A stretch of DNA of 62,248 bases, counting the filler, from Ionaspis alba (Eukaryota): NCBI GenBank assembly GCA_964255285.1. It is 8 parts of 8 records of this genome, joined end to end, with 100 filler letters (N's around TTAATTAATTAA, not from the genome) between each part and the next. Parts side by side here need not be neighbours in the genome. Positions count along the whole stretch, not along the records: positions 46,814 to 54,498 come from CAXUUL010000817.1; positions 54,599 to 62,248 come from CAXUUL010000818.1; 6 more parts are not named here. One strand, written 5' to 3'. Made by a program: the position numbers and the translations under genes. The number at the start of each line of letters is the position of its first letter. Position 1 is the first letter of the stretch. Of this stretch, positions 49,517-62,248 are shown piece after piece. The notes under the pieces are model-generated. The model was not told where the DNA came from and searched no databases. It saw nothing but the letters and a program-made list of their open reading frames with translations.

Positions 49517-50609
49517 ATGTGTCCAAGACGGAGAATGGTCATGGTAGGTGAGTCGTAGCATCCTAACTCTTGAGACCGATATATCTGTTTTCGACAATGT
49601 CGATACGACCGACTCCGTGTTTGCGTCCTAGGACATTGAGGGCAAGGAACATCTCGACGGAGTCTGTCAACTTTCCCCCTCCTGGCAGGACGAGCTTGAC
49701 TGGGCAAGCCCTTCCTGAAGGTTAGAGTGAAGTCTTCGGGTCTGCCTGGAGCGGTAAGTGGATTATCGGTCATCTTCCACATCTAGTCGAGCGGTGTGTG
49801 ATCTGCAAGAGACAACAAACCAGAAAATGGAGAAATAGACATCGTGCTTGGTCAAGAGCATCAGCCCCCTAGGTAAAGACGATTACCAAACAGATTCTGG
49901 CTCATCGGCAAAAGATGATGACAATGAAGACTTAGTATCAGCATGAGCTCGCGCTCGGCGATGCAAAGGAGGTAGAGGTCGAAAAAGAAGATCAGAAAGA
50001 GTTAATGGTGGAAATTCAGCTAGCGCCAACGCCATACGTTGTGGTGTGTCGGTTTGGTCAGCTACAGGCTGACCGGCGGCACGCGACTCAAGATTTGTAA
50101 ATGGGTTTCATGTGTTGTGTCTTCATTAGCCATGAGTCGAATCTCTTGTCAAATACTCGCAAGATCCTCCTTTCTTCGGGCTGTAGGGCAGGTTGTAGAT
50201 AGCCTGGACTCGGTAGTCAAGATTCTGCGGCCAAGCACCAATGAATAGTGCGATTCCGTAGAGTGCTGGTACACAATCATATATAATGATAACAGGTTAG
50301 GAACAAGAGAACAGCATGAATAGGCAAAGAGGTTTGAACCTGATGACATTTCAAAACACAGAATGAATGATTGAACATATGTACATATATACATTATTTT
50401 CGCACGTGGTATCAGAGTCCGATGAACTCCCCATTGCATGCATCCACATTACTCATAGCTAGCCCCCCCTTTCGAGCACCAGCCCACCACAACCCCACAA
50501 CTCCTCGGAGTGTATAAAAGAGAGAAAAATATGTCCCATATTCATATCCCATATCCATATCCTCATCACTCATGTTCCCGACGGGAACCATAAAATACCT
50601 TCAAGCGCC

Positions 50610-52496
50610 TCAAACCAAAGCCCTAACCCCATCATCAGTAAAATTCAGTATTCAAAGGACACTCGAAGAAACTCACCCTCTCGCCGGCAAAGGCGGACAA
50701 GTCGTAATCTGGCCCGTCAAATCCAAAAAGTTATTCGAATTACCCGCTGCATTACCCACGGTCTTGATGCCCTGGGCTTTACAGTTCGCCAGCGACTGAG
50801 CCGGAATCGTCTGTTGTTTTTGCAACTGCTGAGGTTCCGTAACAAGGGTAACGCTTAGGCCGGCATCAACATGCCAATCCATATGGCAATGGAGAAGCCA
50901 AACACCTGGATTCATGGAGCGGAAGCGGATCACCGTATAGCCCGCCGGCGCCACCATCCACGTATCACGACGCATAGGCACAGCGGGAAAGGCGCCAGCG
51001 TTGTTGTTCCAGAGCAGGGTTGGATGGGGCCGTCGATGCTTGGGAGCGGGAACATAGACGCCGGGTTGGCGGGCGATAAGCTGAGGCGCATGGCCGTGAA
51101 TGTGGATGGGGTGGGAGCCGCCATCGTAGTTGTTGACGACAATGTCGTAGACGTGGCCTTGTTTGAGGACGAAGGCTTGGGCGTTGTGGCCGTAGACGAT
51201 CGGGTTGGAGGCGTCTTTGCCGGCGCTCATGACGGTCATGAGGGAGGGGACTTTTTGCCGGAGGTAGGTGATGTTGTTAAAACCAGCCCTGGTTTTGTTA
51301 GAATGGTTGATCCTGAAGTGGATGGGCTTTGGCATACCTGTTTTGTCCATCTTGTTCGAAGAAACTTAGGTCCAAGTTGATTGTTGCTGTGGGACTGGGA
51401 AGAAGCTTCTGTTGGTCCAAAGGTGTCAAGGTGAAGTCGTCGATCACGTCGAACGAGGCTAAGTTGACTGGCGGTGGCAGAGGCTTGGCTGTGTCGTACA
51501 TGAGAAATCCCGTAACATTGGGATCTTGGTATCCTGGAATGTTGTCGAATTTGGACTGGTCCAAGTTGCCGAGCATAGCATAGTTCTTGGACGTATCGGA
51601 TTTCGTTTTGAGAAGTACACCATAACTGTCGCTTGTCAGATAGAGTTCGAGTTCAGGATCAACTCGCTTAACTTACCGTTGACCGACAGCAAGGTAAACA
51701 GTATCAACGGTTTTTGGAACTGTGTAAACACCATCGATCTCCACTATAGTAAGCGAATGGCCGTCCAGGTGGAAAAACAGCTGTGCGAAGGCAGAAATGT
51801 TGATGAGTCGTAGATAATATGTCTTGTTCGGCTTGACGTTGAGCTTGATGTTTTGGGCATCGTTGAGAAGCGCGGAATAAGGGACAGGTTCCGATCCATC
51901 TGGGTTCTGAGCTGGGTCGATGTAGTAAGATACGAGACCAGGGGCTTCATCGTGGTACCAATCACCCAGGGTCACTACCAGTTCCGAATCATATTTGAAA
52001 GGTGCACCTGAATCGTGTATGATAAGAGGACCGCGAAGGCCATCGACATATTGGACTGGTGAATGGCTGTGATACCAGTAAGTTCCGGGCTGATCGACGT
52101 TGAAGGTGTATGTGAAGGATTGGCCCGGAGCAATCTCGCATTGCGTCGCACCAGGAGGGCCATCCATGGAGTTGCTCCCTGCCTGGAAGAGACCATGCCA
52201 ATGAAGACTTGTGTACTGGTCTGGAAGCTTGTTGACCACATTCACAGTGATAGTATCTCCGACATTGGCATTGATCGTGGGATTCGGCCTACGAGCTGGT
52301 CAGTATGAGAGTTCTAGAGCACCGGTGAGGTAGGACATAATCACCATTGACCATTGATGCCAATGACTCTTCGTGCCTTCTCGCCATCTGGGTTGACACC
52401 GGAGACATAGCCAATGTTCCAGTTGTATGTGACAGTGGCTGCAAGGGCAGCATGAGCCAAGAAAAGGGATGAAAGAAGATTGTACAAAGGTGCCAT
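50610..52496 (-). CDS. Secreted multicopper oxidase, Fet3/Abr1-like
   Basis: Signal peptide MAPLYNLLSSLFLAHAALA. Copper motifs HWHG, YWYHSH, HPIHIHGH and WLLHCHMDWHVDAGL (axial Leu). Four GT-AG introns; last exon 50622-50610 gives ..CPPLPARGALV*. Confidence 0.92.
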
Positions 52497-54498
52497 TGTT
52501 GCGTTTGATACTGTAGGTGATAGCCAAGAGCAGGAGCCACTGGGCCAAGCTTCCTCTTCATATACTCTGCTGACGCCACCCCGGTAGAGGATCTAGATGC
52601 AGGACGTGACATTGGGAGGCAACGAAATGATGCTAAAGCCAATATATGCAGTGTGTCTGACATCAATAGTGCCTTGGACAAGGGTGCTGAGCACGATGGA
52701 TGGCAGACTAAGGACTCGAACGCCATCTATCAGGTTCTTTAACTAGGGCAGTGGCAAGTGCATGTCAGACGGGAGAGACTTTGAAGGATCAAACATTCAC
52801 ACGGCACAGTGAGAGGCAGCCGGATGACCCGTGGAGAAACGTAATGAAAGGATGAGGATGTCTGTCCGTCACACACTTCCAGAACGTCCTTCCTGATAGC
52901 AATATGATCAGCTCCCAACGGCACAGAAGAGACGAGAACATGCTGGCTGTTGCCTTCCACGGCCAGAAGCTTGATAGGCCATATAATGCATAGAAGACGA
53001 GATAGCGGGGGATTAGGTTTTGGAAAACGCTAAGCATATGGAGTGATCATCATCGGACAGCTTTGTCTTTCAAAGACCAAGACAACTGTTTGCGGCTGAA
53101 GGGACTCGAGGCAGTGAGACGGGAAGGATGAGCTCGTGGCAGCCAAGTGAGTAAGCTAATGCTTACATTGTGGTTATCGTGGAAACAAGGTACCATGCGA
53201 GTGGGACATTTTAGACAGCTGAACACGATGCAACATTGGTAACACAACATAAAGAACGAACGAATGACCTCTAGATTCCAAGCCAATGGCTTCATGCACC
53301 CACCTGCTAGAAGATTGAGAGCACCAAATATGGTTCTCGGCGTAGACTTGGCCGCAAATGAAGACTGAGTCGTTCTGCATATAGCTGAAAGCTTGTCTAA
53401 TGTTGATGGTGGGGGGTTGAATAGCCCAAATGGGAAGATGGAGGTATGTCTCGTAAGACGACGATAGACGACTGATGGACTATTGGGACGTCAGGCAGCT
53501 TTTTTCCTTTGCATCCAATAAAGGTAAATGCAAGATCCTACAGAGGCTGAATTTTAGAACGAGCTGAAGGTGGGAAAGCATCTGGAGTGCGCTCCTAGAC
53601 CACGATGGTACCGGTAGACGAGGCGAGATAGCGAGATCTCGCTGTTATCTCGTATGGAGCCATCGGTAGACACCCAGATCTCCCCGCCTCTGCTCTTGTC
53701 TGTCAGTTGGTGGCCGCCACAGTCCGCCGGCGATAGACCGTCAAGGCTGATGCATTTTCGACCCGTGCCAGGTGGTAAGCCTACGATGTGGAGGGTTAGT
53801 GGGTGCCTCCCACGAGGCTGCTGGTGTTGGTCCAGATGAGCTCCGCCAACGACAAGGGAGATCTGGGGGAGGTCTCCGAAATGGAAGTGGGCAGCCGCGG
53901 CCGGAGACAAATCGCTTCACAACCATCATGAGGATGTGGTTGGAAATAGTCTTTTCTCGCTAGCGAATCGCCAAGCCAAGCTTGGGCCAGAGGCGCCAGA
54001 AGCCCGGCACTGTGGTGACTTGTCGACGGTCTAACGACACGCCAATAGTCTTCGGGGTCACAAGCTTTACCCCAAGCTACACATTCCTACAGGCGTGGGT
54101 CTGGTCTGTCTATAGAGCGCGAGATACGTATTAGTATGGTAGGTAAAAGGTCGATCGTAGGCTGACTAGGCAGCAAGAGTAGAGACAGACTTGCGCGATC
54201 AGCACCAACGACAGTCAGATCGACCTTCGAGGACTGGGCCAGTACAAAGTACGAGAAGCACGCGTCACCACTCTGCTCCTATACAACGACGACAGGCATT
54301 TCGTTTGACATTCTGATAACGGCTCCTACCTTTGCGAGCACACTCGCTGTTTGGTACCTTGTCTCTGGAGGATATGTCCGGGACTGAACGCGAAAGGAGC
54401 CATGGATACAAGGTAATGCGGTCATGTCATTGGTCAAAGCGAGACATCGTGAATCCCCCTGCTTGTCGGCACTGCCAGTCAAGGGACTTTTTGTGCGG

Positions 54499-54598
54499 NN
54501 NNNNNNNNNNNNNNNNNNNNNNNNNNNNNNNNNNNNNNNNNNTTAATTAATTAANNNNNNNNNNNNNNNNNNNNNNNNNNNNNNNNNNNNNNNNNNNN
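54499..54598. other. Artificial scaffold-joining spacer
   Basis: 44 N + TTAATTAATTAA + 44 N. Confidence 0.98.
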
Positions 54599-56942
54599 TA
54601 AAGAAGAAAAAGGGTCCAACACCTACCAAGTTTGAGTTTCCGAAGAAGGTTCAGACCATGGATAAGAGTGAAGCCAAGCCTGTAGCCAAGGCTGATTCTG
54701 GTCCATATTGTGATTCTGAACAGTATAAGAGCACGACACAGGACATCAGTCTACCTAGAAGTTATCCAGCAATCGATCAAACACACGCAAGCTTTTCAGT
54801 TTTACCTTCAGCCCAGCACAGTCGAGAAGTTTCCACTGCTTCGGATTCTCAAATTGATCCTGCCAAGGTCGACCCCGGTGACCCAAGTCTCAAGTCAGTG
54901 GGGAGTCCGACTGCTACCTCGAAATCCAAGAAGAAAGCGAAAAAAGCGAAATCCAAAGCAAAAAATCGCAAGGCTTCTGCGAAAGAAACGACTATGGCAG
55001 GTTCGTCTGCACCATCAGCTGAAACGGCGGTACTGCCATTGCTACCTCCACCGGACCGATTCGTTTTGAAATCACATGGTGAAGGAGCTTTCTCACCACT
55101 TATTCCTTTGCCACCTCCCAAGAAGGATATGAAGGGGCAAGAGAAAAGAGAAAAGACAATAGAGCAGAAGGCGAACGAAACTCGAAGCATGATTCGCCTC
55201 ATCGAAATGCAGCAGGCAGCACAGAAGATTCGAGCGTCAGGACTCGATGGCAGCTTCATGGAAGTTGGTGAAGAACTGGCTCGTAACACCAAAGTACGAG
55301 AGAACGCCGAAGCGCAGGAGAGTATTGGCCTCCAGGAGGGTGGAGATGAGTATTACTGTGGCAAGGGTGCTTACACCAGGTTGTTTGGTCCTGCCTTGGT
55401 CGATATGGTAGATGGGAATGACAGCAACCACCCCAAGGGTACGAAGAATGTTCAGTCTGGATCTGGTCTGGGAATATCTGGCGGTTCGCCTAGCTCGTTT
55501 GCTGAAGATCTTCCTGCAATCCCGGAAACAAGCATAGAATCTGCTCACCAATCCATGAGAGCGCTGAATCACATATCACAGAAACAGTTAGAAAGTGGTA
55601 CTGAAACCCTTGACTCGTTGATCGCTGCCCGTGCTCGTATCGGCAATCAGCCAGATGAGGAGACGAAGATGAGATCCGAGGAAAACTCCCATGGACAAAC
55701 AGCCTCTGACACTGCCTCCAAAGATGTTCCAATGGCAAGCGAGGAATATGGATCCAGCAGCAATATCGAATCGTCTTTGAAACTGGATAGGCACGTCGAC
55801 GCGAATGGACTTCATGAGAAGGCGCCGACCAAAAAGTCAACGGAAGGGAAGAAGACAATCAACGAGCAGCCTACCGGCACGGATATGGACTTTCGTCCCA
55901 AACCGACCTTCAAAGAGAAGGAAAAGAGTCTCTTCGAGTCCGGACTCCCCGATCCCCGCTTTCTTTTGAACACTTCTACCTCTGCGAAACCTAAAACGGA
56001 AGTGGCAGAATCTGACTTTAGCTCCGCCGTAGCTAAGGCGACTGAAAAATTCGCAACGGAACACATCCAAGCCCTGGACTCCATTCTAGCCGAAGGTGTC
56101 TTTATGAGAGGGCCTAGAGCGACTGAGCCAACTGAGATCTCTGACACAGCCAAAGAAGCAGTTGCGATGCGGATTAAGGAATTGAGAGCCAGCTTACCGC
56201 CGGCCTCCTCTTCAGAAGCACTGTCTGTTCCTGCTATGCTCCCGGCGGTGTCTGAGCTAGGAAGTGTTGACAGAACAGCCACTATGGATGCGCCTGAAGT
56301 CAAAGACGTTGCACTGCCGGTATCCCCCGCATCATCTGTCAACGCTACCCAAGCTATTCCAGAGCCCTTTCCTGCATTGAAGCTTCTGGAAGACGAAGAC
56401 GCAGCTAAAGCCCTTGCAGCTGCTGAGCTCTCCCAGAAAAATGTTCTTACGCACGAACGCAGCACAAGTCCCGAGTCCGAGACCGCTCGAACAAGTCATC
56501 ATCGTACCGCTGACAGCACCTCCATGTCCGAATACAGCACCACGAGCTCCACCAGACGTATGCTCTACAGTGAGGTGGCTGCCGCCGGCCATGATAGGAA
56601 GCTTGGGGCGAAGGAGTCCAACGTGGGTAATACGTTTCTTAGCCCTCTGTTGTGATTGTCTGGATGTGAGCTGATTGAGCGTAGAGGAAGGAATTGGCAG
56701 AGGAGAGTGAAGGCGAAATTAGTCCAAGAACCAAAGAGAGCGGTAAGGACAAAGAGAAGGAGAAGGTAAAGGGAAGCAAAAGTGAGAAGGCAAAGGGAAG
56801 CAAAGCCGAGAAGGTAAAGGGAGGTAAGAAGAAGAAGAAAACTTCGGAGAAGGCGAAGAGTGCAGGAGAGCAGGCATATGATGAGAGTGACTGGCTCGTT
56901 CCTCCTGGAAAGCGCTGGGCAAGTGAGTTGGATTCGATGTGA
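54599..56942 (+). CDS. Low-complexity hypothetical protein, probably 5'-truncated
   Basis: Frame open from the spacer edge for more than 660 codons. Intron 56623-56684 joins a K/E-rich last exon ending DWLVPPGKRWASELDSM*. Confidence 0.7.
56760..56831 (+). repeat. Imperfect coding tandem repeat, 24 nt x3
   Basis: GAGAAGGYAAAGGGARG.. units encode EKVKGSKS, EKAKGSKA and EKVKGGKK. Confidence 0.8.
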
Positions 56943-57491
56943 TGCACGCAGAGCGGAAGTTCCTCGTTTTCTTTGATACCCAGACGGAGTTGCGGTGTCT
57001 GGATCTCGGTTGGGAAAATTGGAGAGGAAGGATGCATGGGGATGGATACTTGGATTTGGGAGATCTACTTATCTTATGCATCAGAGAAGATTTCGGTAGG
57101 ACCGGTTTGGAATTATCTGTGTAGTGCACGACCTCGCTTGCTGTTTCAGGACTCTGGGACGATGCCTGCTGCTTGCATAGCTGATCAATCTACGATATTT
57201 GGACCACGCTTTGCGATGTCAAAATCGTGAATACACTTCGTGTAATGTTTTCATCCGGTCTACCTGGTGCTAGTAGTACAAATCACGCTCGCTCGCAATG
57301 CATCCTTTTGATCACCCCTCCGCTGCCGTGTGCTTATCATGTCCCATTACTGCGCCGCCGATAGAAGCTCAATGTGTAAAAAAAGGAAAAGAATTCAGGT
57401 TATCGACCGCGTCAACATGTAAGCTCATAAAACAAGTGCAGAAAGAGAGTCCGACCAGCGTGTTCGAAGAGATCCCGAAGTAGAAGGAGAT

Positions 57492-59677
57492 TCAGATAAT
57501 AGTCCCGAAAGCTCCATCCGAAGGTAGAGCCTTGCGTGGACTACTCTTATTCCCATCAGCATCCACAACCGGTTTGCGGTGCCTGTAAAAACGCTCGTCA
57601 GCACATTTTTACAAGCTGTCAAGGCCGCAAGAGAAATATACCTAAAAGTGAAACCGACAAACAACCCCTTTCCCATCTTCTCATCCCGATCCGCCATATT
57701 CTCCAACGCCGACTGCTTATCATGCACCTCCTTATACTTCGCCATATCCGCTTCGTTGCTGAAATCATCAAAATAGCCCGCATCAGTCTCCGAGTCCAAC
57801 TCCGGCACAAACGGCGCCCTCTGCTCCCTCAGTTTCGCAAAGTCCACTTCCGCAAAGTACGGATGCCGGTGGATCTCCTTGATACCCGTGAAGCGCTGCG
57901 CTTTCGAGGCTACGAGCCGCGTGATCAGATCCCAGGTGCGTGGTGAGAGGAAGTAGTTCGGATCGTCGTAGTCCGGTTTCTTGAAAACTTTCTTCCAGTG
58001 TCGCAGGTTTTGCCATGTCTCGTCAACGGTTGAGCCTGCGAAGGGTGGATACCCGGCTAGCCCTTCAAACAGCATGCACCCCAAGCTCCAGTAGTCGACC
58101 GTGAAGTCATACTCCTCGCCCTTCAGAACCTCGGGCGCCATATAATCCGGTGATCCCACAATTGACTTGGCATAGTTGACGTCGCGGTCCCTTAGAGAGC
58201 GATAGCCCTCACGACGCTCGGTCATGGTGCGCTGGTCCATGGGTCGCGAGAAGGGGACTGAGATATTGCCCACTTCTTCGAGCTTGATGCGCATGGACTC
58301 GATTTTGATGGGCGAGAGCATGCCGGCTGCGAGTCCGAAATCGGTCAGCTTGACGTGCCCGACAGAGTCGATGAGGAAGTTTTCGGGCTTCAGGTCTCGG
58401 TGGATGTAGCCTAGTTGGTGCAGGGCGTCGACGCAGCAGAACATTTCGCTGATGTAGAAACGGGCGTGGCGATTATGTAGGACTCCGGTGTTGTTTAGGA
58501 GGGTGCGGAAGTCGCCGCCGGGGACGTATTCCTGGAATCATTGTTAGATTATATCACTAGTGTTGATTGAGTAGGAGTTGGGCACCATGGCAAGATAGAT
58601 ACTGGTGTCATCTTGGAATGCGTAAAGAAGCTTGACCAGCCATTCACTTTTCGCCGCAGTGAGAATATCTCTTTCGGTTAAGATGTGGCGGATCTCGTCC
58701 AATTTGAAGAGTAGCTTCTTGCTCATAACCTTCAATGCACAGACTTCCTTTGTGTCCTTCTTCGATGCTAGGAAAACTTGGCCATAGCCGCCCTGTCCAA
58801 CTTGTGTAAGGATCTGAAAGTCTCCTTGGCGAAGTCTTGTACGTCTCTTTCTGAGGTTTGCTCGTTCACGACCAAGATATTTGTGTTTGGCGGCCTCGTA
58901 CTCTTCGGATGGTAGATCTGGGAGAGGGTTGTTCATGTCAAATTGCTTGTGGCGGAGCTCTCGTTGATGGACGTAGTTTAGAAGGTCGAAATAGTAATCA
59001 AGAAAGTCTGTGTAGAGATTGTCAGTGTTTTTTTGCTTTCATGCCGAAATTTTCTGCTCCATATTAGAGAACATACATATCTGCGTGACATTTGCCAGCC
59101 GCTTGACCTTTGGCAATTGGAGCTTCTCCATCTCCTCCGGGGTTAGTCCACGAGTGGGGCTATATCCACCTCTTGAGCTGGCACTCGAGATTTCTCTCCC
59201 CTGGTATTGTTCTTGTCGAGAGAGCGCTGCATGGTTTGATGCATGGTTTGGCTCCTTTCCCATTCTTCCTCCAGGTGGAGTGTTCTCCTTGTTCGACTTC
59301 CTTGTTGGACTACCAGGCGGTGGGAATTGCTCTTGATGTAAGACGCTTTCGTCTTGAACACCATCTAACGTCTCCCTTCCCCCTTTATTCGGAGAATGTG
59401 GGCTCAATTGCTGCCGCCCAGCTCTTGTGGGACTCGATGGCGCCAGCTTCAAGGCATCATCAAAGATTCGTGGCAGATCCCTGGCTCCTGGAGGAAGTTT
59501 GCTCTTGCTCGGACTGCCTTGAGGAGTAGCGTTTGGTGTTGTGAAGCCGATACTCGTCGGAGTGCTTGGGCCATCGTAGAGAGCATTGCCAGAACGAGTA
59601 TGCAGGAGAGGAGGCGGCATTGGTAGCTTGAAGTCATATTTTCCTCCTGCCGAAGACATTGTCTGGCTGGTCGCCAT
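57492..59677 (-). CDS. DBF2: NDR-family kinase Dbf2/Sid2 (SIN/MEN pathway)
   Basis: Mob1-binding YLGRERANLRKRRTRL, GQGGYG, HRDLKPEN, DFG, AKSIVGSPDYMAPE, hydrophobic motif FVGFTFR. Three introns; ends GAFGTII*. Confidence 0.95.
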
Positions 59678-60872
59678 CACTGAGGAGTGGGAACGATGTT
59701 TCGTCCTTTGCTGAGCGATGGGAGGAAGTGATGCAAGGGTCGAGCTGAGACTCGGCACAACAGAGCCGTGCAGATTATTCTCACTCTACTCTTAGCAAGT
59801 GTGGAAGCTTGAGCAATTCTGGGACTTGTTTCTGTGTCAACTGTGTCTCAATTGCATCCTGTGTGGTGTGCAGTGACGAATCTATAAGGTTTGAAGACTC
59901 GCTTGATCGAGCGCAAACATAGATTCGCGGTTCCCCGAGCAACAATCGCGCAATAGCGATCCTCCCTTCATTCCCCAATCGGCCGAGCAGACCTACACAA
60001 ACTTTCGATCTGTGGCACCACATCTTTGACTGGACTGATACGACCCTGTACATGTGGTAGAAGACTTGCTACGTAAATTCGAGGTTATGAGAATCGTCGA
60101 AGAAGAAACTTATTTTTGTGGGAGCAATGAAGAGCTGTGCATTACCTGTTCAAGCAGCATCAACGATACTGTCAACCAGTCTCCTATTGCTTCTCTGCGC
60201 ATATCTTATCTCGCACTAAGTCATCGATATCAATGGATGTCTTGGATCGGAAGACTGCTGAGCGCCCAAGTTCAACGATATCCAGCCATGGACATTCCCT
60301 TACGCCGGGTCCATCGATATCAGCTAGAATATTATGTCCTTGACTGCATAGCCTGGACACGCTTCCGAAGTGGTTTCCAGAACACCGACCAAGGCTTTCA
60401 ACGAAGACTGTCCTTACTCCCTCGATGCAGCAGCGTTTGACCGTTGAAAGCTGACCATTGACTTCCATGCCTCCCAGCCAATCGTCCTCACCCTAATGGG
60501 GGTGTAATTTCTTATACCACAAAAATGCTTGAAGAATGAGCACTATGAGAGCGTGCTTCTGGTGTATGATGTGAGGTTCCTATTATGTCCCGTTTCCATT
60601 TCTCTTAGTAGCGTGGCAAAATACGGATCACGAGAACAGGAAAGCCCTAGCTAAGATCCTTAGCGTGTTCGATCTGCTAAACCAGAATTCCCATATCGTG
60701 TTTGCGTCCAGCGAAGGTGTCTCTCACATCTCCATCTATGGTGTCCATTTCAATCACATTTCTTCTATACTGAGAATCTAGTCCTTGATCTGCAAGATTT
60801 TATTTTCCACTCTATATACTTGTTGATGCTGTCTTGAATTATCTCTGGTCGGAGAAATCTTCCTACGGCGCC

Positions 60873-62248
60873 ATGTTCTACAGTCACGAGGGTACGCGTT
60901 AAGGGTCTATTCTCTTTCTCTGCTTGTATATTGAGCTGATTTCTCTTTCAAAGTCCTCACGTCGCGTAAATATGGAGTTGCGACTGTATGGTAAATCTTC
61001 CTTCTGCTTACATGCGTGTCCTTGCGAGCAAGAAATTGACTCAGTTAGGCTTGTCGCGACTCTTGGTTCGAAGTCCACACTCAGGAAGATCAATCGCAAG
61101 GCCATTCTGGATGTCAATATCCCCAAAGCATGCAATACCATCACTGCTCCGGACGCGCCAATGGCTTTGCGACTCCAAAGCAATCTCCTGTGAGCCAAAA
61201 AGTCGTTCCAAATGGCCGAGCTGACATAGTCCGTTTCATCAGGTATGGTGTCTCTCGCGTATATTCACAGCAATGCTTCTACGTTTTGGTAGATGCTCAA
61301 AATGCCCAAAACAGTATGCGAGCTCTTCTCAGGACAGTCAAGACTTCCGAGCTTGACCCAGACGCTGGCAAAGCGAGGTATAGAGCGCCACCTCTGCTAC
61401 TTCACATACACTAATGGGCAAACATAGACCCGATCAGCTCGTGCTCCAAGACGATCCAGCTTTTCTTCCAGATCTTTTCTTGCCAAACCTTGACATGGAT
61501 CTGGCATTCTTGGAGAGCTCCACCCAAGGCTCGTCCAAACGCACCAGCTTACACTCGGCACTCTCTCAGCAGTCAAGCAAATCCAGCCACGTTGAAGGTG
61601 ACGAATCTATACTCGGGCTAGTCATACCTACCTCTGGCTCCGGAAATTCTGGCGAAATTGGTGGTTTCACGTTTCCCGACTCTGCTGGTGGTTCAGCTCA
61701 ACGTGACAGGAGAACAATAGGTAGTCTCGGAGCTGACGAAGGCTTCTATCCGGATGTCGATTTCGCCTTCGATGATGACGGACGCATTATCGAGCTTGGA
61801 GATCAACCGCAGCCTAGGGCAGAGACGACGGCTGGGCCAGCGAGAGTTCGCAGCGATTCTGGAATTAGTGCTCAAGTTCGACAAGAGCTCGTGGAAGGTC
61901 TTCGGGCTGGTCAAGAAGCGGTTCGTCTCAAGATGCTATTTACCACTTCACCCATTGACTCTAGTTTCCTTCCAGCTCGTCGAGGCCACGAACAGAGGAC
62001 CCGACATACCTCGATTTGGCGTTGACGACGACGACAATGTTCTGCCGCCAGCAGAGCCCTTCCCCGAGATGGTCCGTCCTTCAACCCAAAGCAAAAGCTT
62101 TCGTAAATCATCATCGACACCCGAAGACGAATCTTCCGAATCTGCAGAAGCAGCCCAAGTTCGCAGACATCGGGCTCGCAAAGTCTTGCCGATGGACAGA
62201 GCGCAAACGCTAGGCAATACCGATCTTGCGAGCTGGAACACCAACTAT
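60873..62248 (+). CDS. REC8: Meiotic cohesin kleisin Rec8; runs off the window end
   Basis: Spliced N-terminus MFYSHEVLTSRKYGVATVWLVATLGSKSTLRKINRKAILDVNIPKACNTI..PMALRLQSNLLYGVSRVYSQQC, and DDPAFLPD. Confidence 0.9.

Noticed and set aside
19157..52496. Biosynthetic cluster for amines or pigments (two decarboxylases, BVMO, aminotransferase, multicopper oxidase)
   Set aside because: The genes are on five different concatenated segments, and no PKS, NRPS or terpene backbone gene is present.
26741..52496. Iron regulon cluster of hapX and the Fet3-like oxidase
   Set aside because: Separated by three artificial spacers.
52497..54498. 2-kb gene-free stretch upstream of the oxidase, examined for FTR1, transposon or ncRNA
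   Set aside because: No permease motif, terminal repeats or structured RNA could be recognised by eye.
7763..54554. TTAATTAATTAA recurring every ~7.8 kb as a biological repeat, CRISPR or insertion site
   Set aside because: Always centred in exactly 44+44 N; it is a six-frame-stop assembly linker.
60054..60440. 128-aa ORF containing YLALSHR, reminiscent of a HET domain start
   Set aside because: The other HET motifs (WG, WIDxxCI) are absent and it starts at GTG in a promoter region.

Overview
Intron-rich filamentous ascomycete (Pezizomycotina) nuclear DNA, not one contiguous locus. Seven identical 100-nt spacers (44 N + TTAATTAATTAA + 44 N) cut the window into eight segments of steadily falling length (7718, 7716, 7702, 7694, 7693, 7690, 7685, 7650 nt). 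This indicates unrelated scaffolds sorted by size and concatenated. Four plain 100-N gaps lie inside segments. Seg1: HAD pseudogene, Cid13-like nucleotidyltransferase, 3' end of an RBR E3 ligase. Seg2: EMW1, AAA+ ATPase. Seg3: facB, large PLP decarboxylase. Seg4: Baeyer-Villiger monooxygenase, hapX, DHCR24-like oxidoreductase, CaiB/AMACR. Seg5: ZUO1, a broken Hsp70-like/GrpE-like pair, DDC-type decarboxylase, DUF427. Seg6: RRS1, RSM23, LYAR-type protein, BCAT. Seg7: unknown protein, F-box-like pseudogene, Fet3/Abr1-like multicopper oxidase. Seg8: unknown protein, DBF2, REC8. I saw no rRNA, tRNA, CRISPR array or recognisable transposon. No new system can be demonstrated from sequence alone. The best leads are the Hsp70-like/GrpE-like divergent module, the appendage-domain decarboxylase, the anchor-less Fet3-like oxidase, a candidate CUG start and twin terminal RBR exons. 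All family calls come from motif recognition, not database searches.
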